DNA of 64,000 nucleotides from Vulcanimicrobiota bacterium (GTDB lineage Bacteria; Vulcanimicrobiota; Vulcanimicrobiia; Eremiobacterales; Eremiobacteraceae): positions 576,001 to 640,000 of the forward strand of contig CAWETU010000001.1 in assembly GCA_963812135.1 (NCBI GenBank), in the 5' to 3' direction. This document shows, one piece after another, positions 38,290-47,898 of the stretch. Position 1 is the stretch's first letter. Each line of letters begins with the position of its first letter. The position numbers and the translations under genes were made by a program. The notes under the pieces are model-generated. The model saw only the letters and a list, made by a program, of their open reading frames with translations, ran no database searches and was not told where the DNA came from.

Positions 38290-38943
38290 ATGGGGTTCCG
38301 CCAGGCTCTGGTGGCCGAATTCGTCGGAACATTTTTTCTTGTCTTCGCCGGCACCGGCGCTATCGTCATCGACGCACTCACCCACGAGATCACGCACGTC
38401 GGGGTCGCGCTTGTGTTTGGCCTCGTCGTGGCGGCGTTGGTGTATGCCCTCGCCCATATCTCTGGTGCGCATTTCAACCCAGCGGTGACTCTGGGGTTTT
38501 GGATGGCCGGGGAGTTTCCGGCGATGCGCGTCCCCGCGTACATCAGCGCGCAGGTTTTGGGTGCGATCGCAGCCAGCGGCGCGTTGCGGCTGATGTTCGG
38601 GCTCGTCGCCGCTTTGGGAGCGACGCTGCCGAACGGACCCGCGCTCACATCATTTTGGCTGGAGCTCGCGATGACGTTCCTGCTCGTGTTCGTCATTTTG
38701 GGTTCAGCCGTTCACGGTCGAGCGACGAAGAGTTTTGCCGGCATCGCCATTGGCAGCACGATCGCGCTCGATGCGCTTTTCGGCGGGCCCATCTCCGGGG
38801 CATCGATGAACCCGGCGAGATCACTTGGGCCCGCGCTGGTCGCCGGTGTCTGGCACGATCAGTGGATCTACCTGACCGCGCCGTTCGTCGGCGCGGCGCT
38901 GGCCGTCCTCATCTATAAGATGATGAGCGAGGCCGCGGCTTAG
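38290..38943 (+). CDS. MIP/aquaporin channel, probable arsenite efflux
   Basis: Two NPA motifs (SGAHFNPAVT, SMNPARS); last gene of the ars operon. Confidence 0.92.
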   Translation: MGFRQALVAEFVGTFFLVFAGTGAIVIDALTHEITHVGVALVFGLVVAALVYALAHISGAHFNPAVTLGFWMAGEFPAMRVPAYISAQVLGAIAASGALRLMFGLVAALGATLPNGPALTSFWLELAMTFLLVFVILGSAVHGRATKSFAGIAIGSTIALDALFGGPISGASMNPARSLGPALVAGVWHDQWIYLTAPFVGAALAVLIYKMMSEAAA

Positions 38944-39611
38944 GACTGGGACTTCACCAGCGATGGGAACTGCTTGCGCAGGTTCGCGACTTTCGGTTTG
39001 TCGTTGAACATGATATAAGGATTGTACGGATTGTTCGCCATGTAATGCTGATGGTAGCTCTCGGCCGGATAGAAGGCGACCAGCGGCACGACCTGCGTGA
39101 CGATCGGGGCGCTGAAGACTTTCTGCGCGGTCAACTGCGCGATTTCGGTGTCGGCCGCACGTTTTTGGGTCTCGCTCGTGTAGAAGATGACCGAGCGGTA
39201 TTGCGTGCCGTCGTCTGGACCCTGATGGTTCAGCTCCGTCGGATCGTGCGCCACGAGGAAAAACACCTCGAGCAGCTGCTGGAATGAGATCTTCGAGGGA
39301 TCGTATGTGACCTCGACGGATTCGGCGTGGCCGGTCGTGCCGGTGCTTACGATTTCGTAGTGCGCCGTTTGTGCGCTGCCGCCTGAATACCCCGAGACGG
39401 CGCTGGTGACGCCTTTGAGCGACTCAAAAACGCCCTCGATTCCCCAGAAGCAGCCGCCTGCAAAGACGACTTTTTGCGTGGAACCGGGCGAAGTGTCGGC
39501 CGGCGTGCTGCCCGCGGCGCGCGCGCCGCTCGAGCTTGCGCAGGCGGTCGCGAAAAGGACGAACGCGCTCAGCATGGCCGCTCGCGTGAGATGATTCAGT
39601 CGCATGCCCAT
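38940..39611 (-). CDS. msrA: Peptide-methionine (S)-sulfoxide reductase, probable lipoprotein
   Basis: GGCFWG, TGHAE, HDPT, QYRS, AESYHQ; ATAC lipobox-like motif. Confidence 0.93.
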   Translation of the reverse strand: MGMRLNHLTRAAMLSAFVLFATACASSSGARAAGSTPADTSPGSTQKVVFAGGCFWGIEGVFESLKGVTSAVSGYSGGSAQTAHYEIVSTGTTGHAESVEVTYDPSKISFQQLLEVFFLVAHDPTELNHQGPDDGTQYRSVIFYTSETQKRAADTEIAQLTAQKVFSAPIVTQVVPLVAFYPAESYHQHYMANNPYNPYIMFNDKPKVANLRKQFPSLVKSQS

Positions 39612-39652
39612 GATACGCCGCCGACCCCCTTTCGGATGTATGGCAGGCGCCC

Positions 39653-40612
39653 TCATGAGGCGGCGACCGTCCCGAGGCGTTCCCGGCCGTGCGGTGCGTT
39701 CAAATCCTGTGCCGGGCCGATCGGCACGAGGCGGGTCGGGTTGATGTCGTCGTGCGTGATGTAATAGTGCCGCTTGATGTGATCGAAATTGACCGTCTCG
39801 GCCACGCCCGGGATCTGATACAGGTCGCGCGTGTAGCCGAACAGGTTCGGATACTGAGCGATGAGTCGCACGTTGCACTTGAAATGCACGTAGTACACTG
39901 GATCGAAGCGAATGAGCGTCACAAAGAGGCGCCAGTCGGTTTCGAGTGGCCGGGACCCGAAGAGGTAGCGGCGCGCGCTTAGCCGTTCCTCGAGTTTGTC
40001 GAGTGTTTCAAAAACGCGGCGCGCCGCCCGCTCGTACGCGACCTGCGACGTCGCAAAGCCGGCGCGATAGACGCCGTCGTTGACGGTCTCATAGATCAAC
40101 GTATTGAGCTCGTCGATTTCGGCGCGGTGCTCGGGCGGATAGAGATCGACCCAATTGGTCGCGAGCGCCTTGAACTCGATTTCGAACATGCGCATCATAT
40201 CGTCGTCCGAATTGCAGACGATGCGCTTGGTCTTCGTATCCCACATCACGGGCACGGTGAAGCGCCCCCGATAATGCGGATCGGTCGCGAAGTACGCTTC
40301 GCTCAGGTACGCGAAGCCGTTGATCGGATCTTTCGAGTAGCCAGGCCCATCGCGAAACGCCCAACCCCGGTCATCGCGCACCGGATCGACCACCGTCATA
40401 CCGATCGCCTGCTCCAAGCCGAGCAGCTTGCGCAAGATCACAAGGCGCGACGCCCACGGACACGCGAGCGACACATACAGATGGTAGCGCCCGGCCTCCA
40501 CCGGATAGCCGGAACGGCCGTCGGCCGTGACGCAGTCGCGGAACACATCGTCCTGTCGGACGAAGCTTCCGTCCGGGGCTTGCTCATCGGGGAATTGCGC
40601 GTGTACTTTCAT
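39653..40612 (-). CDS. Glutathionyl-hydroquinone reductase / omega-like GST (YqjG family)
   Basis: RYHLYVSLACPWA, TVPV.WD, NDGVY.AGFA, RFD.VY..HFKCN. Confidence 0.93.
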   Translation of the reverse strand: MKVHAQFPDEQAPDGSFVRQDDVFRDCVTADGRSGYPVEAGRYHLYVSLACPWASRLVILRKLLGLEQAIGMTVVDPVRDDRGWAFRDGPGYSKDPINGFAYLSEAYFATDPHYRGRFTVPVMWDTKTKRIVCNSDDDMMRMFEIEFKALATNWVDLYPPEHRAEIDELNTLIYETVNDGVYRAGFATSQVAYERAARRVFETLDKLEERLSARRYLFGSRPLETDWRLFVTLIRFDPVYYVHFKCNVRLIAQYPNLFGYTRDLYQIPGVAETVNFDHIKRHYYITHDDINPTRLVPIGPAQDLNAPHGRERLGTVAAS

Positions 40613-40694
40613 GGGCGCTCCAGCTTCGACGTACCGATGCGCGTTTGCTTGCAAGGTATCCATACCCACCTGGATAGTAGTACGAGCGGCCCTT

Positions 40695-41909
40695 ATGCAG
40701 ACCTTGAATGTCCAATGTTGTATCGCCGGCGGCGGACCGGCCGGTATGCTGCTCGGCTTTCTGCTCGCGCGCGCGGGCGTATCGGTCGCCGTGCTCGAGA
40801 AGCACGCAGACTTTTTCCGGGACTTCCGCGGCGACACGATCCACCCGTCGACGCTCGAGATCATGTACGAACTCGGCATGCTCGACGGCCTGCTCGCGCT
40901 GCCGCATCAGGAAGTGCGCGAGATCGGCGCGTATGTCGGCGGGCAGTTCTCGATGATCGGCGATTTCACGCATCTTCCGACGCACTGCAAGTTCCTCGCG
41001 TTCATGCCGCAATGGGATTTCCTGAATTTTCTCGCGGAACAGGCCAAGCGCTATCCGACCTTCGATCTGCGGATGGAAGCCGATGTGCACGATCTGTTGT
41101 GGGCGGATGGGCGCGTCACGGGGGTGCGCGCGTCGGTGCCAGGCGATGAACTGGAGGTGCGAGCGGATCTTGTCATCGGCGCGGACGGTCGTCATTCGAT
41201 CGTGCGTGAAAAGGCCGGTCTCGTCGTCGACGATTTCGGCGCGCCGATGGACGTGATGTGGTTTCGCGTCTCGCGGCATCCGGACGATCCACGCCAGGCG
41301 CTCGGCTGGCTTGATCGCGGCAAAATGCTCGTCATGATCGACCGCACCGACTACTTCCAGTGCGGCTACTTGATCCGCAAAGGCACCTACGAGCAGATCA
41401 AGCAACGAGGCGTGGACGCGTTTCGCGCCGATATCGCGTCGCTCGTGCCGTTTCTGCGCGATCGCCTTAGCGAGATACCCGATTGGGATCAGATCCGCTT
41501 GCTGACCGTCGTCGTCAACCGCGCCCGCGAGTGGTACCGGCCGGGTCTGCTGTGCATCGGCGATGCGGCGCACGCGATGTCGCCGATCGCCGGCGTCGGC
41601 ATCAACCTCGCGATCCAAGACGCGGTCGCCGCCGCGAATATCTTGGCGCGGCCGCTACTGGAATCTGCGGCGTCGGTCGAGATGCTGGCGCGTGTGCAGC
41701 GCCGGCGAGAGTTCCCCACGCGCGTGATACAGCGCGCGCAAGTGATCATTCAGAACCAGTTGATAAACCGGATCCTCGGCGTCGACGAACCGATGTCGCC
41801 GCCGTGGCCGCTGCGTCTGCTAAACCGTTGGCCGCTCTTGCGTCGGCTGCCGGCCCAGCTCGTTGGCATCGGCGTCCGGCCCGAGCACGTGAAGTCGCTA
41901 CGGGTGTAG
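40695..41909 (+). CDS. FAD-dependent monooxygenase/oxidoreductase
   Basis: GGGPAG, RDFRGDT.HP, GADG..S, GDAAH.MSP..GVGIN.AIQDA. Confidence 0.92.
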   Translation: MQTLNVQCCIAGGGPAGMLLGFLLARAGVSVAVLEKHADFFRDFRGDTIHPSTLEIMYELGMLDGLLALPHQEVREIGAYVGGQFSMIGDFTHLPTHCKFLAFMPQWDFLNFLAEQAKRYPTFDLRMEADVHDLLWADGRVTGVRASVPGDELEVRADLVIGADGRHSIVREKAGLVVDDFGAPMDVMWFRVSRHPDDPRQALGWLDRGKMLVMIDRTDYFQCGYLIRKGTYEQIKQRGVDAFRADIASLVPFLRDRLSEIPDWDQIRLLTVVVNRAREWYRPGLLCIGDAAHAMSPIAGVGINLAIQDAVAAANILARPLLESAASVEMLARVQRRREFPTRVIQRAQVIIQNQLINRILGVDEPMSPPWPLRLLNRWPLLRRLPAQLVGIGVRPEHVKSLRV

Positions 41910-41926
41910 CCTGCGGAGTAATGGGC

Positions 41927-43660
41927 TCATGAGGTATGAGAAGAGAACCGACAGCGCCGTATAGGATGGCGCCAGATGGTATCAAGCACGCGTGATAGAT
42001 GCGGATCAAGAGCAGCTGCAGTCACTCCATTCGATGCGCTGCTCATGTGGTGAACGGAGCTCAAAGTCTGTTGTAGCACGCCACAAAGCGAAGGGGAAGC
42101 GCCTAACAAGCGGATGGCGCCTGGGCAGAGCTTTGCCCAATACGGTAGAACCCCTCTGGCACATCGAAGGGCCGCAGGCGAAATCCATAGTGGAGAAGGC
42201 GCTCGAAATCTGGTTCGAACCGCATAAAGAACACCGCGCTCGAATAATGACGCGATGCCTGCGCGTCAGTCCCGTCGACTCTCGGTAAACGCATCGAGAT
42301 AGCCGCCGGGAGCTGCAAAGTCAGCGGACCGATTTCGAGTGGAAAGTGACCTGACGCATCGGCGGCGAGCTATGGCGAACTGCTCGATGCTGCGCTGGCA
42401 CAAGCGTCGATCTCGTCTGATCGCAGTGATTCTGATACGTCGAATGACGTAAAGGTTGTGGTCGTCCGGATCATATGTGGTGCCCGCGAGCTTTCGCAGA
42501 AACGCGCAGTACGACCTTGGGCCGTCGAGGAATCCCGCATGCGTCAGCGATTGAACCCATCACGCTTAGTCCGACCGCAAAAAAAAGTGCCGAGTGCCCG
42601 GAGTGGGTTACCTCGCCTGCCAGGGAAACTCGGCGAATAGTTGTCTGGTCAGCGACGTAAATCGCGTGGTCATTCGGGTCGTACGCTAGTGCTTCGATTT
42701 CGTCGAACATGGCCTGCGAGCCGTTGCCGTACGCGCTGTTCGAATGTTGGCAAAAGGAATTTCCGAGCATGAAATCGGTCCAACCGGGCGCGTGCAGCAG
42801 TCGGGCTATGGATCGCGGCATTACCACGTTTGCATTCGACGAGTACGATAGAGATCGCCAGCGTCCAAGACGAGGAGTCCACGCTGTTGGGCGAATCGTC
42901 AAGCCAAGCTTGGCCTCGGCTTCGAGGCCACGGTATTGCCCGGGTGGTGTGCGGCAGTTTGATTGTTGCGAGCGTGCCTGTAAGCAGGCGCAAGCGCCGT
43001 CAAACGATGCTAGTCAGTGACGTACAGATGATGATCTGCGCTGGTTGCAAGACGATCGACTTGTTATAGCATGGCCGACTGTTCGCGGTGCATTGAGTGT
43101 TTGTACGTCAGGCAGCTACGCATTTTAGTCGCGATCGAAGCGCTCACGCTTCGCAATATGGTCGCGCTCGGTTTACGGGACCATCGAAGCATGTCGGGCA
43201 GTAATCGTACGTGCGAAGACGTAGGTTAAACTTCGCGATTGCCGATTCGAAGCTGCGACCGATTAGCATGGGGGAACCGAACGCCAAAGCGGCAGAAGCT
43301 GCGCTTACGGTCCACTGCAGAGGTCGATGCAGTGGCCCCACACGAGCTCAGACGTGTGCAGTGCCCGGCGAGCAAGCGTCGACGCTCGCATCTTGGGTCA
43401 CCTTCTCAAGCAGCTTGCGTGTTCGATCCGTGAAGTATATCGCGTGGTCGTGTGCAGTTGAAGACGAAGCCTGCTGGCCAAGCGGTGTCTCCAGCCCGCG
43501 CAGCGCAACACGGTAATGCGTCCGCTCGCGTCGAAATTCGCGTCGCCCATGTGGCGGAACTGTCCGCGCCGCGGTAAATATAAACAACAAGGCCGCATCT
43601 ATCAAGATGAGCGCGCCCACGAGCCAAAGGACGGCGGGCCTATCCCGATACCATATGTCT
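41927..43660 (-). pseudogene. Decayed NHL-repeat (beta-propeller) gene; bounds approximate
   Basis: Fragments in different frames: 'HDHAIYFTD', 'LAYDPNDHAIYVAD.TTIRRVS..GEV', 'TYDPDDHNLYV'. Confidence 0.6.
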
Positions 43661-43683
43661 GAAAGGCGTCGGCTGGTAACGTG

Positions 43684-43710
43684 ACCGCGCACAGTGTGCG
43701 TGGTTTCTAC
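43684..43710 (-). repeat. GTAG-capped palindrome downstream of msrA
   Basis: GTAG-AA-ACCACGCACA-C-TGTGCGCGGT (one mismatch). Confidence 0.5.
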
Positions 43711-43715
43711 GAGCC

Positions 43716-44201
43716 CTAGATGTGGCAGGTCGGGGCGATGCCGCGCTTTTCGAAGTAGCGCTGGTGGTAGTCTTCGGCCTCGTAGAACTTCGATGCCGGC
43801 GTGATCTCGGTGACGATCGGCCGCTTGAAACGTCCGGAACGCTGCGCTTCTTCTTTGGACCGTTTCGCGATCGCCTCTTGCTCGGGCGTGTGGAAGAAGA
43901 TCGCGGAGCGATACTGCGTGCCGTAGTCGGGCCCTTGACGGTTCAGCTGCGTCGGATCGTGCATCGTCCAGAACGCGTCGAGCAATTTCTCGTATGACAC
44001 TTTTTGCGGATCGTACGTGACCTGGACGACTTCGGCGTGCCCGGTGCGATCGGTGCACACGTCTTCGTACGTCGGATTGTCGAGCGTGCCCCCGAGATAA
44101 CCGACGCGCGCGTCGATGACGCCCGGGATCTGCCGGAAATTCGATTCGACGCCCCAGAAACAACCTGCTCCGAAAGTGGCTTTTTGCAATCCGTCTGACA
44201 T
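43716..44201 (-). CDS. msrA: Peptide-methionine (S)-sulfoxide reductase, cytoplasmic
   Basis: GAGCFWG, YEDVC, TGHAE, AEDYHQ, C-terminal Cys. Confidence 0.96.
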   Translation of the reverse strand: MSDGLQKATFGAGCFWGVESNFRQIPGVIDARVGYLGGTLDNPTYEDVCTDRTGHAEVVQVTYDPQKVSYEKLLDAFWTMHDPTQLNRQGPDYGTQYRSAIFFHTPEQEAIAKRSKEEAQRSGRFKRPIVTEITPASKFYEAEDYHQRYFEKRGIAPTCHI

Positions 44202-44231
44202 GTTTTTATGCTCCCATATGTTTCTACGTGG

Positions 44232-46115
44232 CTACGGCGTCTTCGGATGCGCGACCTTGCGCAGCCGGCGCAGATCCCCGTCGCGTAAGGTCACGCCGAT
44301 GCCGTCGAAATACTCCATGAGCGGCAGCGCGTACTTGCGCGACGTCCCGAAGGCGTCGCGCAGCTGCGCCATGGTGGCACCGCTGCCGTCCTTCAGCACG
44401 GTCGCGAGCACGGTGCGCGCGTGCTGCAACTGCGCGCGCCGGTAGAGGTCGTCGCCGACGCGTACGAGCGCGCCGGTCGCCAACAGCGTGTCGATGGCCT
44501 CGACAAGGCCCTCGATACGCGCGCTCGTCGCGTGCTTCGCGACCGCGTCATAGGAATGCGGAACCAACGGGCTCGCGGGATCGTCGCGCAGCGCATCGAC
44601 GAAAAACGCACGCTGTTGCGCGGTCAGCGTCGGGGCCACGCCGGGAAGATGCCACCATCTGCCGGTCGACGCGATCCGGCCGTCGTCGTGCCACGCCGCG
44701 AGCAGACGCACCATCAGCGCTTCTGGTATTGCGAATTCTGCGGCGATTTCAGGCGCGTGTGCGCCGAGCGTCCAGGGCGCCTTACGATGCCGCTGTTCGA
44801 GAAAAAGTGCAAGCCGCTCGAAACCCGCGTCGAACGCCGCGCGCGCCACGTACGATTGCGGCTTTTGGATAACGACCGCGTCTCCCGTCGCAACGAGAGC
44901 ATCGATCTGGGCTTGTGCGCGATCGACGACGACGTTGAGCGCAGCAGCGATCTGGGTCGTTTGAAGCGGCACCAGGCCCGACGCCGACAACACTTCAAGC
45001 GCACCTGTAGCGGTCGAATCTATTCGACCGAGACCCAATGCAGTGGTCGAATCTATTCGACCGAGAGCGACCGCTCCGCCGAGCAGATCCTTCGGACTCA
45101 TGCGGCGCACGATGAGGCGGCTGCCCGGATAGAAGACGGTCGGGCGCGACAACAACAAACGCGCGCGCACGGTCTCCGCCTGCGCCGGCGCTGTCCGCTC
45201 GAACACCAGCGTGCCTGGGATCTCGTCCGAACCGATGTGCGCGCGGACCGGCGTGCGCCGCTTCAACATGCGCAGCGCTTGCGGCAGCGGGGTGAAGTCG
45301 ACGAGCAGCTCGTTCGCGGGCGCGAATTCGCGCGGTGCCACCAGCGTCTCGCCGCGCCGGATCGCGCCGACTTCTATGCCCGGCAGGTTCACCGCCACGC
45401 GCGCGCCGCCCGTGGCGGATTCGACTTTGCGGCCGAACGTCTGGATACTGCGCGCGCGCACCTCGACGCCGCTCGGCTGCAGCAGCAGCGCGTCGCCGGT
45501 CTTGATCGTGCCTTGCATGAGCGTGCCCGTCACGATCGTGCCATGTCCGGGTAGCGCGAAGACCCGATCGACCGGCAGATACGCGGGTGCGTCCGGATCG
45601 CGCGGCGGCAACGCATGCAGCGCCGTGCGAATCGCATCCTTGAGTTCGGCGATGCCTTCGCCCGTCAGGCTCGACACCGCGACGATCGGCGCATCCGCAG
45701 CAACGGTCCCAGCCACGGCATCGCGCGCGAGCGCGCTCGCGATCTCGAGGCCGTCGGCATCGACGAGGTCCCGTTTGGTCAGCACGATGATCGCGCGGCG
45801 CACGTTGAGCAGATCGAGGATACGCAAGTGGTCGAATGTCTGTGCGCGCGGACCTTCGCCCGCGTCGATGACGAGCAGCAGCAGCTCCATGCCCGCGGCT
45901 CCCGCCAGCATGTTATGGAGAAAGCGCTCGTGTCCGGGCACGTCGATGATGCCGGCTTCGACGCCGTCGTCGAATCGCAGCGGCGCAAAGCCGAGATCGA
46001 GCGTCATGCCGCGCTCGCGTTCCTCGATGAGCCGGTCCGGGTCGTGGCCGGTCAGCGCGATGACGAGCGAGCTCTTGCCGTGGTCGACGTGGCCGGCGGT
46101 GCCGATGATGTGCAT
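44232..46115 (-). CDS. selB: Selenocysteine-specific elongation factor
   Basis: GTAGHVDHGKS, DVPGHE, TKRD; C-terminal SRKYA.PL.EY.D. Confidence 0.97.
   Translation of the reverse strand: MHIIGTAGHVDHGKSSLVIALTGHDPDRLIEERERGMTLDLGFAPLRFDDGVEAGIIDVPGHERFLHNMLAGAAGMELLLLVIDAGEGPRAQTFDHLRILDLLNVRRAIIVLTKRDLVDADGLEIASALARDAVAGTVAADAPIVAVSSLTGEGIAELKDAIRTALHALPPRDPDAPAYLPVDRVFALPGHGTIVTGTLMQGTIKTGDALLLQPSGVEVRARSIQTFGRKVESATGGARVAVNLPGIEVGAIRRGETLVAPREFAPANELLVDFTPLPQALRMLKRRTPVRAHIGSDEIPGTLVFERTAPAQAETVRARLLLSRPTVFYPGSRLIVRRMSPKDLLGGAVALGRIDSTTALGLGRIDSTATGALEVLSASGLVPLQTTQIAAALNVVVDRAQAQIDALVATGDAVVIQKPQSYVARAAFDAGFERLALFLEQRHRKAPWTLGAHAPEIAAEFAIPEALMVRLLAAWHDDGRIASTGRWWHLPGVAPTLTAQQRAFFVDALRDDPASPLVPHSYDAVAKHATSARIEGLVEAIDTLLATGALVRVGDDLYRRAQLQHARTVLATVLKDGSGATMAQLRDAFGTSRKYALPLMEYFDGIGVTLRDGDLRRLRKVAHPKTP
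45006..45063 (+). repeat. Tandem pair of REP-like family A palindromes inside selB
   Basis: TGTAG-CGGTCGAATCTATTCGACCG and TGCAG-TGGTCGAATCTATTCGACCG, period 33 nt. Confidence 0.88.
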
Positions 46116-46144
46116 GCGTGCGTCGGCGCGAACGTGACGCGCCG

Positions 46145-47509
46145 CTAGGGCGCGGGCGCGGATATGTCGAGCGCGCCTGCCAGCGCGGCGGCGAGCGCAT
46201 CGAGGTCAGATTCGCGCACCGCGCGCAGGTCGGCGACGAAATGGTCATCTTCGACGCGGCCGATCACCGGCGGTTGCGCGCGACGCAGACGCGCCGCAAA
46301 CGCGTCTGGTCCGTCCTCGGTGCGCACGCACACGCCCGCCGATGCGATCTCGACATCGGGCAGCGTGCCGCCGCCGGTCGTCGCCGCGGTGCGCACGACG
46401 CTGACTTTCGCCGCCGGCCGCTGCGCTTTGACCGCGGCGCAGACGCGTTCTGCTCTCGCCATCAGCTCTGCCTGTGTCGTCTTAAGCATCGCGAACAACG
46501 GGATATCGTCAAGCGTTCCCTCGACGTACGAGGAGAGCGTCGCGCTCAATGCCGCGAGCGTCATCTTGTCCACGCGCAGCGCGCGCAGCAGCGGATTGCG
46601 TTTGAGCGCGCCGATCAGATCGGCTCGGCCTGCGATGATGCCGCACTGGGGACCGCCGAGCAATTTGTCGCCTGACACCGTCACGAGATCGAGGCCCGCG
46701 GCGATCGTCTGCGCGAGCGTCGGCTCGGACGGCAGTCCGAACCCGGTCAGGTCGACGAGCGCGCCCGTGCCCAGGTCCTCGAACGAGATGATTTCGAGCT
46801 CGCGCGCGAGCGCCGCCAGCATCGCCGCCGGAACCGTGGCGGTGAAGCCGCTGACTCGGTAATTGCTCGGATGCGTGCGCATGAAAAGCGCGGTGTTGGC
46901 GTTCCACGCATCGCGATAGTCGCGGGGATAGGTCTTGTTGGTCGTGCCGACTTCCACCAAGACCGCGCCACTCTTGGCGAGCACGTCAGGCAGCCGGAAA
47001 CCGCCGCCGATCTCGATCAACTCGCCGCGGCTAACGACGACTTCGCGTCCGCGCGCGAAGGTGTCCAACACGAGCAGCACTGCGGCGGCGCAGTTGTTGA
47101 CGACGAGCGTCGCCTGCGCGCCGGAGACCTCGCGCAAGAGCGACGAGATGCGATCGTAGCGGCTGCCGCGATCGCCCGTCGCGATGTCGTATTCCAGATT
47201 GGTGTAACCCGCGCCGAGCTCGCGGACGGCGTCGAGCGCCTTCTCGGAGAGCGGCGACCGGCCGAAATTGGTGTGCAGCAAGACACCGGTCGCATTGATG
47301 ACGCCGACCAGGCCCTCGGCATGGGCGTGCGAGAGCCGCTCCAAAACGCCGGCGCGCAACGATTCGAACGACGCGCCGGCCGCAGCGGAGCGCGCCGCGT
47401 CGAGCACCGCTTGGACGTGCGCGCGTATAGCGCCGCGTCCGAGGAGCGGCGCATACGTGGCGATCGCGGGGTCGGTGGTGAAACGATGGACGGCGGGTAT
47501 GTCGCGCAT
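46145..47509 (-). CDS. selA: L-seryl-tRNA(Sec) selenium transferase
   Basis: INATGV.LHTN.GR, SRGELIEIGG.FR.PD, SGDKLLGGPQ.G. Confidence 0.97.
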   Translation of the reverse strand: MRDIPAVHRFTTDPAIATYAPLLGRGAIRAHVQAVLDAARSAAAGASFESLRAGVLERLSHAHAEGLVGVINATGVLLHTNFGRSPLSEKALDAVRELGAGYTNLEYDIATGDRGSRYDRISSLLREVSGAQATLVVNNCAAAVLLVLDTFARGREVVVSRGELIEIGGGFRLPDVLAKSGAVLVEVGTTNKTYPRDYRDAWNANTALFMRTHPSNYRVSGFTATVPAAMLAALARELEIISFEDLGTGALVDLTGFGLPSEPTLAQTIAAGLDLVTVSGDKLLGGPQCGIIAGRADLIGALKRNPLLRALRVDKMTLAALSATLSSYVEGTLDDIPLFAMLKTTQAELMARAERVCAAVKAQRPAAKVSVVRTAATTGGGTLPDVEIASAGVCVRTEDGPDAFAARLRRAQPPVIGRVEDDHFVADLRAVRESDLDALAAALAGALDISAPAP

Positions 47510-47529
47510 CGTCCTAGATCAAGTGGCGC

Positions 47530-47862
47530 CTACGCGGCGGCGAGATGTTTCTCGACCATCGCCGAGAGATGCTTTTCGGGCACGTATCCCACGATGCGGT
47601 CGACCGGTGCGCCGCCCTTGAAGAGGATGAGGCACGGAATGCCGGACACGTCGTACTGCGCGGCGAGATTCGGATTGTCATCGGTGTCGAGCTTGACGAC
47701 CTTCAGCTTGCCCTTGAACTGATCGGCGATCTTGTCGACGATCGGCGCGATCATCTTGCACGGGCCGCACCAGTCAGCCCAAAAATCGACGAGCACGGGC
47801 TCGGACGACTTGAGGACTTCGGCGTCGAAGTTGCTCTGATTGACGGCGGTGGCGGAACTCAC
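47530..47862 (-). CDS. trxA: Thioredoxin
   Basis: VDFWA.WCGPCK. Confidence 0.97.
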   Translation of the reverse strand: MSSATAVNQSNFDAEVLKSSEPVLVDFWADWCGPCKMIAPIVDKIADQFKGKLKVVKLDTDDNPNLAAQYDVSGIPCLILFKGGAPVDRIVGYVPEKHLSAMVEKHLAAA

Positions 47863-47898
47863 GGTATTTTGTTCTCCTTTGAGCGGTACGTCTTAGGG

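Noticed and set aside
41897..41910. GCTAC-GGGT-GTAGC inverted pair at the oxidoreductase stop
   Set aside because: Contains GTAG caps but no adjoining REP-type stem; a 5-bp repeat is expected by chance.
45006..45063. Possible mini-CRISPR
   Set aside because: Only two units with a 33-nt period leaving about 8 nt between them, inside a gene, and no cas genes.
43716..47862. Selenoprotein forms of MsrA or thioredoxin
   Set aside because: Active sites are encoded with Cys (GCFWG, WCGPC); no in-frame TGA.
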